Shown one piece after another: positions 45,240-54,743 of a stretch of 64,000 nt of DNA. The stretch is from positions 3,166 to 67,165 of the forward strand of contig CAIMNJ010000011.1 in assembly GCA_903842795.1 (NCBI GenBank), written 5' to 3'. The stretch is from an uncultured bacterium. GTDB lineage: Bacteria > Patescibacteriota > Microgenomatia > UBA1400 > PJMF01. The position numbers were made by a program, and so were the translations under genes. Under the pieces are notes generated by a model, which made no database searches, was not told the origin of the DNA, and saw nothing but the letters and a program-made list of their open reading frames with translations. Every line of letters begins with the position of its first letter. The stretch's first letter is position 1.

Positions 45240-46112
45240 TTAGACAGCAACGGGGATATCCCACATACCTTTATGTGGATTGTAATCGACCAGTTCAAAA
45301 TCTTCGACTCTATAGTCGAAAAGATTTTTCTTTTTGTTTTTCAAAATCATTTTTGGTAGAGGACGAGTCTCTCTTTTAATCAATTCTTTGACATGGTCAA
45401 TTTGATCCACAAAGATGTGAGCATCTGAAAAACTGTGTATATATTCATAAGCTTCATAGCCAGTTACTTCAGCCAACATCATGGTTAGGGCAGCGTATTG
45501 AGCGAGATTGGCAGGAAGTCCAATTGGAACATCACTTGATCTTTGAAACATATGTAAAGTGAGCTTGTTGTCGATGACGCGGATATGAATCCATCCGTGA
45601 CATGGGCAGACCACCACTTTTTGCGTTTTACCTTTACCGCGAATAGTGTATTGAGGGATCCATGGACTAATAAAATGTGTTTTAAGATGAGGTAGCTCTT
45701 TGATTTGTTCGATAATTTCTTTAAACTGATTAAAAGTTCCGCCTTCAGCTGTTGGAAAATCATGAAATGCTGCTCCATAAGATCCTGGACCCAAATCTCC
45801 AGTTTCTAGACCACGTTTTTTGCATTTTTCTTCCGTAACCCATGATTTCCACCAATTACAACCATATTTTTCTAGTTCTGTTTGTGTGCGTGCTCCATTG
45901 ATAAATCCAATTATTTCTCCAATTGCGCCTTTCCACATTTTTTCACTGATTTTTCTCTCAGTAATAATGGGAAATCCTTCACTTAATTTGAAATGTAATG
46001 GAGCGGGAGCAATTTTGCTGATTGTGTCAACTTCTTGTTGTGTTTTTCCCTGAGTTCCTTCGTCTAAAATTTCTTTAAGCAGGCGTTGGTAAGGAGAAAG
46101 TTGCTTTGACAT
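45240..46112 (-). CDS. thyA: Thymidylate synthase (ThyA family)
   Basis: 'VVCPCHGWIHIRV' (catalytic Cys, cf. LPPCH..QFYV) and 'FQRSSDVPIGLPANLAQYAALT' (cf. QRS.D..LG.PFNIASYALLT). Confidence 0.85.
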   Translation of the reverse strand: MSKQLSPYQRLLKEILDEGTQGKTQQEVDTISKIAPAPLHFKLSEGFPIITERKISEKMWKGAIGEIIGFINGARTQTELEKYGCNWWKSWVTEEKCKKRGLETGDLGPGSYGAAFHDFPTAEGGTFNQFKEIIEQIKELPHLKTHFISPWIPQYTIRGKGKTQKVVVCPCHGWIHIRVIDNKLTLHMFQRSSDVPIGLPANLAQYAALTMMLAEVTGYEAYEYIHSFSDAHIFVDQIDHVKELIKRETRPLPKMILKNKKKNLFDYRVEDFELVDYNPHKGMWDIPVAV

Positions 46113-46196
46113 GATAAAAACAATATATGGCAGTTTGCCTTATGACGCAATAGGGCGGTAGTCAATGTGGTCAACATGGTATAAGCTATATCAGAT

Positions 46197-47006
46197 ATGC
46201 AAGCTACACCACTAAAATCCCGTATTGTTCGACCAAATGATGACTTATTGATGGTTATTGATGAAACGATTGCTAATGAGTTGGGTGGTAGTTTGCCGGA
46301 AAACTCTGTTTTAGCAATTAGTACTAAAATTATTAGTTATTGCCAGGGCAGATTAGTCCCAAAAACTATAAATCAAGAAAATGGTAATAAAGAAGAATTG
46401 AGAGAGGAAAAACATAATTTGGTCAAAAAAGAAACCGAATTATATATTGACCCTCACTCTTCTAAATATGACATGATGCTTACCATTAGAAATTCAACGC
46501 TCGCTGTTAATGCGGGGATTGATGAATCAAATGCCTCTTTAGATGGTAAAGAGTGCTTTGTGCTTTGGCCAGAAAAAATTCAAGAAACAATCAATCAAGT
46601 TTGGCAATACTTGCGCCATAAACACGGCTTAAAAAATTTTGGAGTAATTACGACTGACAGCCGTTCTTTTCCTTTACGTTGGGGTGTAGTAGGTACGACT
46701 ATCGCTAGTTGTGGATTTAAGGCACTTAATAATCGAATTGGTGAAACAGATATTTTTGGCCGCACTATTCATATGGTGCAGGTTAATGTGGCTGAGGCTT
46801 TGGGAGTAGCAGCAACATTTGAAATGGGTGAGGTTGCTGAAGTTACGCCACTTGCCTTATTAACCGATCTAAAAAAAGTACAGTTCGTAGACCATGAACC
46901 AACAGAACAAGAATTGGAAGATAATAAGATTGAAATAGAAGATGATGCTTATGCGCCTTTATTAACCAACGCTAATTGGCAAAAAGGAGAAAAATATCAT
47001 GAGTAA
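46197..47006 (+). CDS. CofE-like (F420-0:gamma-glutamyl ligase family) protein
   Basis: 'IVRPNDDLL...VLAISTKIISYCQGRLV' and 'NAGIDESNASLDG...VITTDSRSFPLRWG' parallel CofE motifs ('I.PGDDL...IVSKAEGR', 'GIDASN...VIISDT'). Confidence 0.55.
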   Translation: MQATPLKSRIVRPNDDLLMVIDETIANELGGSLPENSVLAISTKIISYCQGRLVPKTINQENGNKEELREEKHNLVKKETELYIDPHSSKYDMMLTIRNSTLAVNAGIDESNASLDGKECFVLWPEKIQETINQVWQYLRHKHGLKNFGVITTDSRSFPLRWGVVGTTIASCGFKALNNRIGETDIFGRTIHMVQVNVAEALGVAATFEMGEVAEVTPLALLTDLKKVQFVDHEPTEQELEDNKIEIEDDAYAPLLTNANWQKGEKYHE

Positions 47007-47526
47007 ACCAGAAGTAATTTTAATTGCAGCCATGAGCATTGATGGCTTTATTGCTCCAAAAGATCAGGAAAAATTGCCTTCAACTGTTTGGACGAGTAAA
47101 GAGGATTGGCGTTTTTTTACCAAAAAAAGTAAAGAAATTGGCACCATGATCATGGGTTCCAAAACTTTTGAAACAATCAAAAGAGCTTTGCCGGATAGAC
47201 GTACAATTGTTATGACCAGCAAACCAGAAAAATATAATAAGTATATTGATTCAAATTTGGAATTCACAACTTCTAATCCAGAAGATATTCTGAATAACTT
47301 AGCTCAGCAGGGTTTGGAAAAGGTAGCACTTTGTGGTGGGGCTCATATTTATAGTTTGTTTTTACAAAAAGGTTTAATTGATCGTATGTTTTTGACAGTT
47401 GAGCCATATGTTTTCGGTGAGGGAGTTAAGCTTTTTTCTATATCAGCAGAAGAAAAATTCATTTTGATTGGACAAGAAAGATTAAATGAGCAGGGGACAC
47501 TGCTCTTGGAATTTCAAAGGAAATAA
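46999..47526 (+). CDS. Dihydrofolate reductase-like (RibD C-terminal/DHFR family) protein
   Basis: 'VILIAAMSIDGFIA' and 'VALCGGAHIYSLFLQKGLIDRMFLTVEPYVFGEG', typical of the DHFR/RibD_C fold; 8-nt overlap with the upstream CofE-like gene. Confidence 0.65.
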   Translation: MSKPEVILIAAMSIDGFIAPKDQEKLPSTVWTSKEDWRFFTKKSKEIGTMIMGSKTFETIKRALPDRRTIVMTSKPEKYNKYIDSNLEFTTSNPEDILNNLAQQGLEKVALCGGAHIYSLFLQKGLIDRMFLTVEPYVFGEGVKLFSISAEEKFILIGQERLNEQGTLLLEFQRK

Positions 47527-48128
47527 CTTTCTCCATGTCCAGGATAAACTTGACCGTAGTAGCCTTGCTGGTTTAATTCCTTGAGTTTCTCTAAACTCTT
47601 ACTCATTTTTTTACCATCAGAGTAGGCAAAATCAGTGCGGCCAATATTGCCATTGGCAAAAATAGTGTCGCCACTAAACAAAATTTTTTCTTTTTTGTTT
47701 AGTAAGCAAATACTGCCAGGAGTGTGCCCTGGAGTTTGAATAATTTCGATCTCTTCACCTAAGATGTCTAGATTCTTTGTTTTGGCTAGATCAAAATCAG
47801 CCGGAGGAATTGGGTCGCTTTTTGTGCCTAGCCAATGAGCGGCGCTAGCTTGGGCTTTTTCTAATAAAAATTGATCAGCAAAATTCATCATTATTGGTGT
47901 TCCCCAAGCACTTTTGAGACTCAGTAATCCAAGGCAGTGGTCAAAATGGCCATGAGTGAGAATGATGTTCTGTAATTTTAATCCACGATGGAGTAGTTCA
48001 TCGTTGAGAAAGTCGCCGTCGTCAGCTGGATCAATAATAATAGCGCTATTTTCAAACCCAGCTGCATTGCTGGTAAGAAGATAACAGTTGGTTTGTAAAT
48101 CACCCAAAACAAAAGTTTCTATTTGCAT
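47514..48128 (-). CDS. Metallo-beta-lactamase-fold hydrolase (glyoxalase II-like)
   Basis: 'ILTHGHFDHC' (HxHxDH) and 'TPGHTPGS'; 204 aa. Confidence 0.8.
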   Translation of the reverse strand: MQIETFVLGDLQTNCYLLTSNAAGFENSAIIIDPADDGDFLNDELLHRGLKLQNIILTHGHFDHCLGLLSLKSAWGTPIMMNFADQFLLEKAQASAAHWLGTKSDPIPPADFDLAKTKNLDILGEEIEIIQTPGHTPGSICLLNKKEKILFSGDTIFANGNIGRTDFAYSDGKKMSKSLEKLKELNQQGYYGQVYPGHGESYFL

Positions 48129-48150
48129 TGGCTTATGTTAGCATCAAAAC

Positions 48151-48582
48151 ATGCAAGTGAAAATTAAGCTTTTTGATCAGACTTTACCGCTTCCAGAATA
48201 CAAAAGTAGTGGGGCCGCAGCGCTAGATCTTTATAGCCGCATAGAGATGGAAATTAAACCTGGAGAAGTGGCTTACGTGCCTCTTAATATCGCTTTGCAG
48301 GTGCCAGAAGATTACTTCGTTTTATTGTCTGCTCGCAGTTCATTACATAAAAAAGGTTTGATGATGGCCAATGGAATTGGTGTTGGTGATTATGACTATC
48401 GTGGGGATGGAGATGAATATAAGGCTGCTCTTTATAATTTTGGTAAAGAAGTAGCCAAAATTGAAAAAAGCGAACGTCTGGTGCAAATGATTGTCTTAAA
48501 AAGAGAAAAGGTAGCTTTAGAGCAACTGGAAGTTTTTGAAACACAAGATCGCGGTGGCTTTGGGAGTACTGGTAAAAAATAA
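48151..48582 (+). CDS. dut: dUTP diphosphatase
   Basis: 'LPEYKSSGAAALDLY' (motif I-II), 'GVGDYDYRG' and a C-terminal 'RGGFGSTG'. Confidence 0.9.
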   Translation: MQVKIKLFDQTLPLPEYKSSGAAALDLYSRIEMEIKPGEVAYVPLNIALQVPEDYFVLLSARSSLHKKGLMMANGIGVGDYDYRGDGDEYKAALYNFGKEVAKIEKSERLVQMIVLKREKVALEQLEVFETQDRGGFGSTGKK

Positions 48583-48586
48583 AACT

Positions 48587-49486
48587 ATGCGCGACCAAAT
48601 GGCTATACTTTTTGATCGAGCTGGTTATACAAGAGATAGTCATCCTGCCATCATTGCTGCCAACGATGTCTCATCATTGGAGTCTTTACTGATTTATACA
48701 CTTGGCGAGTTAATCGAGTTGAGTGCTGAGCATGAATGTTTATTGATTGCCAGCGATGCGGCTGGTGAAAAATTACAGCCGTCTAAACAATGGTGGTTGG
48801 AGTTTGCTGACTTCATTGTGATGCTCAAGATTATTAACGACAGGACCGGCTCAAAATTTTCTGTAGAAGAAACAAGTTTCTCTGTAAATGGTCAATTTAA
48901 GGGAAGTTTTGATTCTCTAGCTGAGCAAACAGTTAATCTTGCTGAAGGAGATGTTGGAAGGAATTTTGATTTTCTTTTTACAGAATTAATGTCTTTGGTT
49001 AGGCATTTGAATGTGGATTTACAAGGTGAACTTTATGCTAGGTTAATTAATGCTAAATTGTTTTTAAATCGTGAAATGCGTTTTTTTAAAATTGAAAAAG
49101 GCATGAATGAACTAGATGTAATCAATAAAAACAATCATGTTTTTAAAGCACTTCGTCTATTAAGAAGTTTTTTGTTGGAAGCAACTGGAGAGGAAATGAC
49201 TTTGCAGCCGTGGATTACTGATTTTTTTCAGGATGAAATTTCTGATTGGCGAAATAGTGATTTTGCTCTTGAAAGCCTAAGGAAAAAAATTGCTATTTTT
49301 AAAATAAAAATTAAGGATGAGCTGGCATGGAGTTTGACTGGTCGCAATACTGGAGATGAGTTTTTGGAAATGAAAATGATGATTGCTGGAGCAAAATTGA
49401 TTGCAGTAAATACAAGTGATGAGCAATCGACTTTACAAAGCAGGTCCGCTAATGCTACTCTGGGGACAACTGTTTTTTGGACTTAA
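48587..49486 (+). CDS. Hypothetical protein (~299 aa)
   Basis: Start is moved to MRDQMAI (48587) to remove the overlap with dut; no motifs recognised. Confidence 0.45.
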   Translation: MRDQMAILFDRAGYTRDSHPAIIAANDVSSLESLLIYTLGELIELSAEHECLLIASDAAGEKLQPSKQWWLEFADFIVMLKIINDRTGSKFSVEETSFSVNGQFKGSFDSLAEQTVNLAEGDVGRNFDFLFTELMSLVRHLNVDLQGELYARLINAKLFLNREMRFFKIEKGMNELDVINKNNHVFKALRLLRSFLLEATGEEMTLQPWITDFFQDEISDWRNSDFALESLRKKIAIFKIKIKDELAWSLTGRNTGDEFLEMKMMIAGAKLIAVNTSDEQSTLQSRSANATLGTTVFWT

Positions 49487-49520
49487 TTTTTAGAATTTGC
49501 AAAAAAATAGCAAAGGAAAA

Positions 49521-50228
49521 ATGAAAAAAAAGGGCTTATTGATTACGTTAGAAGGTGGAGAAGGTGTTGGTAAAACAACTCAAGTGGTTAGACTCAAAGA
49601 AAGGCTAATTCAAGAAGGCAAAGATGTGGTTGTTTTACGTGAGCCAGGTGGCACAGCCATAAGTGAGCAAATTCGTGAAGTTGTTTTGTCCAATAAGAAT
49701 GTTGGTATGGCTTACACGACTGAGGTGTTGCTTTTTCAAGCTGCCAGAGCACAAATTTATCGCGAAATTGTTTTGCCATCTCTAGAGTTAGGCAAAGTGG
49801 TAGTTATGGATCGTTCTCGTGATAGCAGTGTGGTTTATCAGGGCATGGTGCGTGGTTTTGGAGTAGAAATCATTGAGCAGTTAAACGATATTTCTACCAA
49901 AAAAATTTATCCAGATATTACTTTTTTGCTTGACGCTCCTGTTGAAATTGGCTTAGGCAGACGTATGGCTGTAGAAGGTGCTAATCGTATTGATTATGAA
50001 GCCAAAGATTTCCATGAAAAAGTTCGTCAAGCCTATTTGCAGGTCGCCAAAGCAGATTTGAAGAAATTAGGTACACATTCTCGTTGGCAAATTATTGATG
50101 CTAGTGCAGACGCAGAGGTGGTGGAAAGACAAATGTGGGATTTGACCAAAAGCTTTTTAGATAAGAACAAAACCAAAGATTGGGAGAATCAATTGGAGGA
50201 TGCTTCCGTTGACTATGTTGAGGAGTAA
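49521..50228 (+). CDS. tmk: Thymidylate kinase
   Basis: P-loop 'ITLEGGEGVGKTTQ'; 'DRSRDSSVVYQG' (DRY-like); LID 'GRRMAVEGANRIDYE'. Confidence 0.9.
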   Translation: MKKKGLLITLEGGEGVGKTTQVVRLKERLIQEGKDVVVLREPGGTAISEQIREVVLSNKNVGMAYTTEVLLFQAARAQIYREIVLPSLELGKVVVMDRSRDSSVVYQGMVRGFGVEIIEQLNDISTKKIYPDITFLLDAPVEIGLGRRMAVEGANRIDYEAKDFHEKVRQAYLQVAKADLKKLGTHSRWQIIDASADAEVVERQMWDLTKSFLDKNKTKDWENQLEDASVDYVEE

Positions 50229-50231
50229 ATA

Positions 50232-50843
50232 ATGCAGAAATTACCAAAAGCAGTTCGTCAGCTGGTGGAAAAATTTGAGCGCTTGCCTGGCATTGGTCCA
50301 AGATCGGCCCAACGCTTGGTTTTTTATTTACTGCATAATCCAGCCAGTGAGCTAGAAGATTTTGCTGATAAATTGTTAGCTCTCAAAAAAGAGACGGTAA
50401 TGTGTGCTAGTTGTCACAATATAGCTGAAAGCAATCCTTGCTCAATTTGTAGTGACCAAAATCGAAACTCTTCTTTTTTATGTGTAGTTGAACAGCCACT
50501 AGATTTGTTGGCTTTGGAAAAATCTGAAAAGTATCATGGTCTTTACCATGTTTTGCATGGTTGTATTGCGCCACTTAATAATATTGGTCCAGATCAATTG
50601 TATTTACGTGATTTACTCAAGCGTTTAGATGGTGTGACTGAGTTGATTTTGGCCACCAATCCAACCATGGAAGGTGAAGCCACTGCTCTCTATATAAATG
50701 AAATGATTGCTACTTCCAGCTTAAAAAATAAAGATCAAATCACCATTACTAGAATTGGTCATGGTTTACCAATTGGGGCAGACATCGAATATGCTGATGG
50801 CGTCACTTTAGCGCGCGCACTAGAGGGAAGAAGAAAGATTTAG
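50232..50843 (+). CDS. recR: Recombination protein RecR
   Basis: HhH 'LPGIGPRSAQRLVFYLL'; C4 zinc finger 'CASCHNIAESNPCSICSD'; Toprim 'LCVVEQPLDLLALEKS'. Confidence 0.95.
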   Translation: MQKLPKAVRQLVEKFERLPGIGPRSAQRLVFYLLHNPASELEDFADKLLALKKETVMCASCHNIAESNPCSICSDQNRNSSFLCVVEQPLDLLALEKSEKYHGLYHVLHGCIAPLNNIGPDQLYLRDLLKRLDGVTELILATNPTMEGEATALYINEMIATSSLKNKDQITITRIGHGLPIGADIEYADGVTLARALEGRRKI

Positions 50844-50944
50844 TCTTTTTAAATTTGTGCTTGTTTATTTTTTTCTAAAAATATAGAATAGCCTTTTGGT
50901 GTCAAACAAAAAACAACCAAAAATTCCAGTTATAGAATTTTCTT

Positions 50945-50976
50945 AAAAGCGAGGTCGAGACCTCGCTTTTTTTTTG
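50945..50976 (+). terminator. Rho-independent terminator after recR
   Basis: 'AAAAGCGAGGTCGAGACCTCGCTTTTTTTTT'. Confidence 0.75.
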
Positions 50977-51037
50977 CTTGCTACCAAAAAATATATTAGC
51001 TAGGCAAGAACTGCCCAAAACAGAAGGATTTCCGGTC

Positions 51038-52672
51038 ATGCAACAAGATTCCACTTACACAAAAGTGTCTTCTTACGAGGGAAGAAAAGGCACAGTCAAG
51101 AAAGTAGTACTGCTTTATTCTGGTGGTTTGGATACTTCAGTGATGCTGAAGTGGATTCAAGAAACCTATGAAGCACAAGTGATTGCTTTAACTATTGATA
51201 TTGGACAACAAGCTGATGATTTGGACGAAATTAAAAAGAAAGCTCTCAAAATGGGGGCAATTAAGGCAATTGTGGTAGATGCCAAAAATGAATTTGCTTA
51301 TCACTACTTAGCTAAAGGCATCAAAGCCAACGCTAGTTATCAGGGAAAATATCACATGAGCACACCAATGGGTCGTCCACTTTTGGCTAAAATTGCTGTT
51401 GATGTTGCTAGAGAATATGGTGCAGACACTATTGCTCATGGTTGCACTGGAAAAGGCAATGATCAAGTCAGAATTGAAGGCTCAATTTTGACTTTAGCAC
51501 CAGAAATGAAAATTATTGCTCCAGTACGCGAGTGGAGTATGGGCCGTGATGAGGAAATTGTTTACGCCAAAAAACATGGTATTCCAGTTAAGCAAACTGT
51601 AGCTTCGCCATATTCTTATGATGACAATATGTGGGGTGTAACTGGCGAGAGTGGAGAGATTGAAAATCCAGCTCTTATTCCACCACTAGATAAAATTTTG
51701 CAAGTTTGCAACATCGTCGAAAAAACTCCAGCTAAACCTCAGTATGTAAAATTACGTTTTATTAAAGGTTTGCCAGTAGAAGTGGACGGTAAGCCCATGC
51801 GCTTAGCAGAACTAATTATGCATCTTAATCATGTTGGAGCTAAGCATGGAGTTGGTGTAACTCATCACATTGAGGATCGTTTAGTGGGTTTAAAAGTTCG
51901 CGGATTATATGAAGCTCCAGCTGCGGAAATTATTATCAGTGCGCACTTTAATCTGGAAAAATATGTTTCTACTCGTCAGGAGAATGAATTCAAATCGATC
52001 ATTGATACTAAATGGGCATACATGTGTTACGGTGCTCTTTGGTATGAGCCATTAATGGATGATCTCAATGCTTATTTGGACAAAGTCAATCAAAAAGTGA
52101 CTGGCTTGGTGACGGTTAAATTATTCAAAGGTCAGGCTGAAGTGGTGGCTGTTGAGACGGCTAACAGTATTTTCGATGAGAAGCTGGCTACTTTTATGAA
52201 GAACGACACCTTTAATCAAAATGCTTCGGCTGGTTTTATTGAGATTTACACTTTGCAAATGCGTTTAGCTCAAGACACGGAACACTTTGCCTTATTGACT
52301 ATAGGTGAAGAAAAAAATAAGAAAAAGTTTTTGCCAATTGCTCATAAGCTCAAAGATTTGGGTTTCCAATTTTATGCCACGGAAAACACTCATCTTTTCT
52401 TAAAGAAAAATGACATTAATTCAATTATGGTGCACAAAATGTACAATAAAACTTTCCCAAGTTTGGAAGATGTTTTGCGCCAAGATGTTTTTGATTTAAT
52501 CATCAATGTTCCTCAGGATGAGCCAAGCAAAGAGGCCAAAGTTGATGAAAAGGTAATTAAGACCTGGGCCATCAAGAACGGCATTACTTTGATTAAAGAT
52601 TTTGAAACTGCTGATGGTTTTGTTAAGAAATTAGAAAAGAGATTGATTATCAGAAAGCGTAAAGAGAAATAA
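51038..52672 (+). CDS. argG: Argininosuccinate synthase fused to a C-terminal MGS-like domain
   Basis: N-terminal ArgG motifs: 'KVVLLYSGGLDTSVMLKWIQE', 'AHGCTGKGNDQVRIE' and 'IAPVREW'. The C-terminal ~135 aa are 'ALLTIGEEKNKKKFLPIAHKLKDLGFQFYATENTHLFLKKNDINSIMVHKM...DLIINVPQD'. These resemble the MGS-like domain of CPSase large subunit and PurH. Start is taken at MQQDST (51038). Confidence 0.85.
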   Translation: MQQDSTYTKVSSYEGRKGTVKKVVLLYSGGLDTSVMLKWIQETYEAQVIALTIDIGQQADDLDEIKKKALKMGAIKAIVVDAKNEFAYHYLAKGIKANASYQGKYHMSTPMGRPLLAKIAVDVAREYGADTIAHGCTGKGNDQVRIEGSILTLAPEMKIIAPVREWSMGRDEEIVYAKKHGIPVKQTVASPYSYDDNMWGVTGESGEIENPALIPPLDKILQVCNIVEKTPAKPQYVKLRFIKGLPVEVDGKPMRLAELIMHLNHVGAKHGVGVTHHIEDRLVGLKVRGLYEAPAAEIIISAHFNLEKYVSTRQENEFKSIIDTKWAYMCYGALWYEPLMDDLNAYLDKVNQKVTGLVTVKLFKGQAEVVAVETANSIFDEKLATFMKNDTFNQNASAGFIEIYTLQMRLAQDTEHFALLTIGEEKNKKKFLPIAHKLKDLGFQFYATENTHLFLKKNDINSIMVHKMYNKTFPSLEDVLRQDVFDLIINVPQDEPSKEAKVDEKVIKTWAIKNGITLIKDFETADGFVKKLEKRLIIRKRKEK

Positions 52673-52673
52673 A

Positions 52674-53645
52674 ATGAATAAAGACTGGGATTTGAAGTCA
52701 TATTTATTAAAAAAAATTAAAAAACAAGGTGGTTGGGTGAGCGCACACAACCACCTTGACAAGGCCTATCTTGTAAAACCTGGAGATTTATCTTTGGCTT
52801 ATTTATCTTTGCAAAAAAAATGGGATTTAATTGATGAGCTCAAAAAAACTCAAACTGTCCAGCAAATCTATGATCGCATGGCTTATGGGCTTGAACAGCA
52901 ACTCGCTCAAGGTGTGACTGCTCTTGGCACTTTTATTGATGTTGATCCATTGATAAAAGATAAGGCAATGAAAGCTGCTGATAAGGTAAGAGAACGATAC
53001 AAATCTCAAATTGATTTGGTTTTTATTAACCAGACTGTCAAAGGGGTTATGGATCAAGAAGCGCGTAAATGGTTTGATGAGGCTGCGCAATTTGTTGACA
53101 TTATTGGTGGTTTACCTGGCAAAGATAAAGGCAGAGAAGCAGAACATTTGGATATTTTATTAAGTACTGCCAAAAGGCGTCAGCAAATGATTCATGTTCA
53201 TGTTGATCAGTTTAATGATCCAAATGAAGAGGAAACAGCTCTTTTGGTGCGCAAAACTATCGAGCACAATATGCAAGGTAAGGTAGTGGGAGTACATGGC
53301 ATTTCTATTGCAGCGCATTCACTTGAGTACCGCCAAAAACTTTATAAAGATATGGTGGAAGCCAAAGTTATGATGGTGGCTTGTCCAACAGCTTGGATTG
53401 ATCATAGACGTCGTGAAGATTTGGTTCCATCTCACAATGCTGTGACTCCGGTGGATGAGATGGTGCCAGCAGGAATAACGGTGGCCATCGGTCCAGATAA
53501 TATTGCCGATTATTACAAGCCTTTTACTGATGGAGATATGTGGACAGAATTACGCTTTTTGTTGGAAGCTTGTCATTATTACGATTTGGAAGAATTAGTA
53601 AAAATAGCTACGATTAATGGTAGAAAGGTTTTAGGTTTAATTTAA
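52674..53645 (+). CDS. Amidohydrolase-superfamily protein, dihydroorotase-like (candidate PyrC)
   Basis: 'VSAHNHLD' (HxH metal site), 'IHVHVDQFND' and 'AIGPDNIADYY' parallel E. coli PyrC 'WHLHLRDG', 'VHGEV...D.F' and 'GTDSAPH'. Its position directly upstream of pyrD-pyrE-pyrF supports this. Confidence 0.5.
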   Translation: MNKDWDLKSYLLKKIKKQGGWVSAHNHLDKAYLVKPGDLSLAYLSLQKKWDLIDELKKTQTVQQIYDRMAYGLEQQLAQGVTALGTFIDVDPLIKDKAMKAADKVRERYKSQIDLVFINQTVKGVMDQEARKWFDEAAQFVDIIGGLPGKDKGREAEHLDILLSTAKRRQQMIHVHVDQFNDPNEEETALLVRKTIEHNMQGKVVGVHGISIAAHSLEYRQKLYKDMVEAKVMMVACPTAWIDHRRREDLVPSHNAVTPVDEMVPAGITVAIGPDNIADYYKPFTDGDMWTELRFLLEACHYYDLEELVKIATINGRKVLGLI

Positions 53646-53658
53646 CAAGGCCAAATAT

Positions 53659-54732
53659 ATGTTGCAAACTCCTTTTTACGATCCGAGCAAAAGTTACGAA
53701 GAAAATTTTGATCAAGGGCCATTTGGTGATTTTGCAGATGACAAATTGATCATGCGCGATGCAGAACCAACAAAAACTTTTTTAGGTCAATCAATTTATC
53801 TGCCTTTTGGGATTCCAGCTGGTCCATTATTGAATAGTAAATTTACAACCGCAGCTTTTAAAAAAGGTTTTGATTTATGTGTTTATAAGACTGTTCGTAC
53901 GAGAGCTTATCCTTGTCATCCGTGGCCAAATGTTTTGGGGGTCAAGGTTGCTGGAGATTTAACCTTGCAAAAGGCCGAATTGCCTTTGCGAGCTGAGACA
54001 AATTACAGCGAACCACTTTCCATCACCAATTCTTTTGGCGTGCCATCAATGAATCCTGATTTTTGGCAAATTGATATGGCCAAGGCAGTTGAGAATACAG
54101 GAATTGGACAAGTAATGATTGGCAGTTTTCAGGGGACCAAAAAACCTGGAGGGACCGCCCAGGATCTAATTGATGATTATGTTTTGGCCGCCAAACTGGT
54201 CAAAGAAACTGGTGCCAAAATTCTGGAGGCCAATCTAAGTTGTCCAAATGAAGGAACTGCAGATTTACTTTGTTTTGATACAGATAGAGTGTATTTAATT
54301 GCAGAAAAAATCAAAAATGAAATTGGTAATACGCCACTAATTCTTAAGCTGGCTTATTTTAAAGATCAGGCTCACTTGCAAGCTTATGTTCAAAAAATTG
54401 GTTCTATTGTCGATGGCTTAAGTGTAATTAATACCATCGCTGCTCCTATTATCAATCAAGCTGGAGAGCAAGCTTTACCTGGAGAAGGTAGACTGCGTAG
54501 CGGTGTTTGTGGAGCTGCCATCAAATGGGCTGGTTTAGAAATGGTTGATCGTTTAGTGAAATTGCGTCAAGAAAATCAACAAAAATTTGCAATTATCGGT
54601 GTGGGTGGCGTCACTGTGGCAGATGATTATTTGGCTTATGTTAAATCTGGCGCCGATGCGGTAATGAGTGCAACTGGCGCCATGTGGAATCCAAACTTGG
54701 CCAAAGAAATTTTAGCGAAAGTAAATAAATAA
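53659..54732 (+). CDS. pyrD: Dihydroorotate dehydrogenase family protein
   Basis: 'YLPFGIPAGPL', 'LEANLSCPNE' and 'FAIIGVGGV' are DHODH hallmarks. Confidence 0.8.
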   Translation: MLQTPFYDPSKSYEENFDQGPFGDFADDKLIMRDAEPTKTFLGQSIYLPFGIPAGPLLNSKFTTAAFKKGFDLCVYKTVRTRAYPCHPWPNVLGVKVAGDLTLQKAELPLRAETNYSEPLSITNSFGVPSMNPDFWQIDMAKAVENTGIGQVMIGSFQGTKKPGGTAQDLIDDYVLAAKLVKETGAKILEANLSCPNEGTADLLCFDTDRVYLIAEKIKNEIGNTPLILKLAYFKDQAHLQAYVQKIGSIVDGLSVINTIAAPIINQAGEQALPGEGRLRSGVCGAAIKWAGLEMVDRLVKLRQENQQKFAIIGVGGVTVADDYLAYVKSGADAVMSATGAMWNPNLAKEILAKVNK

Positions 54733-54743
54733 AAGGAGAAAAC

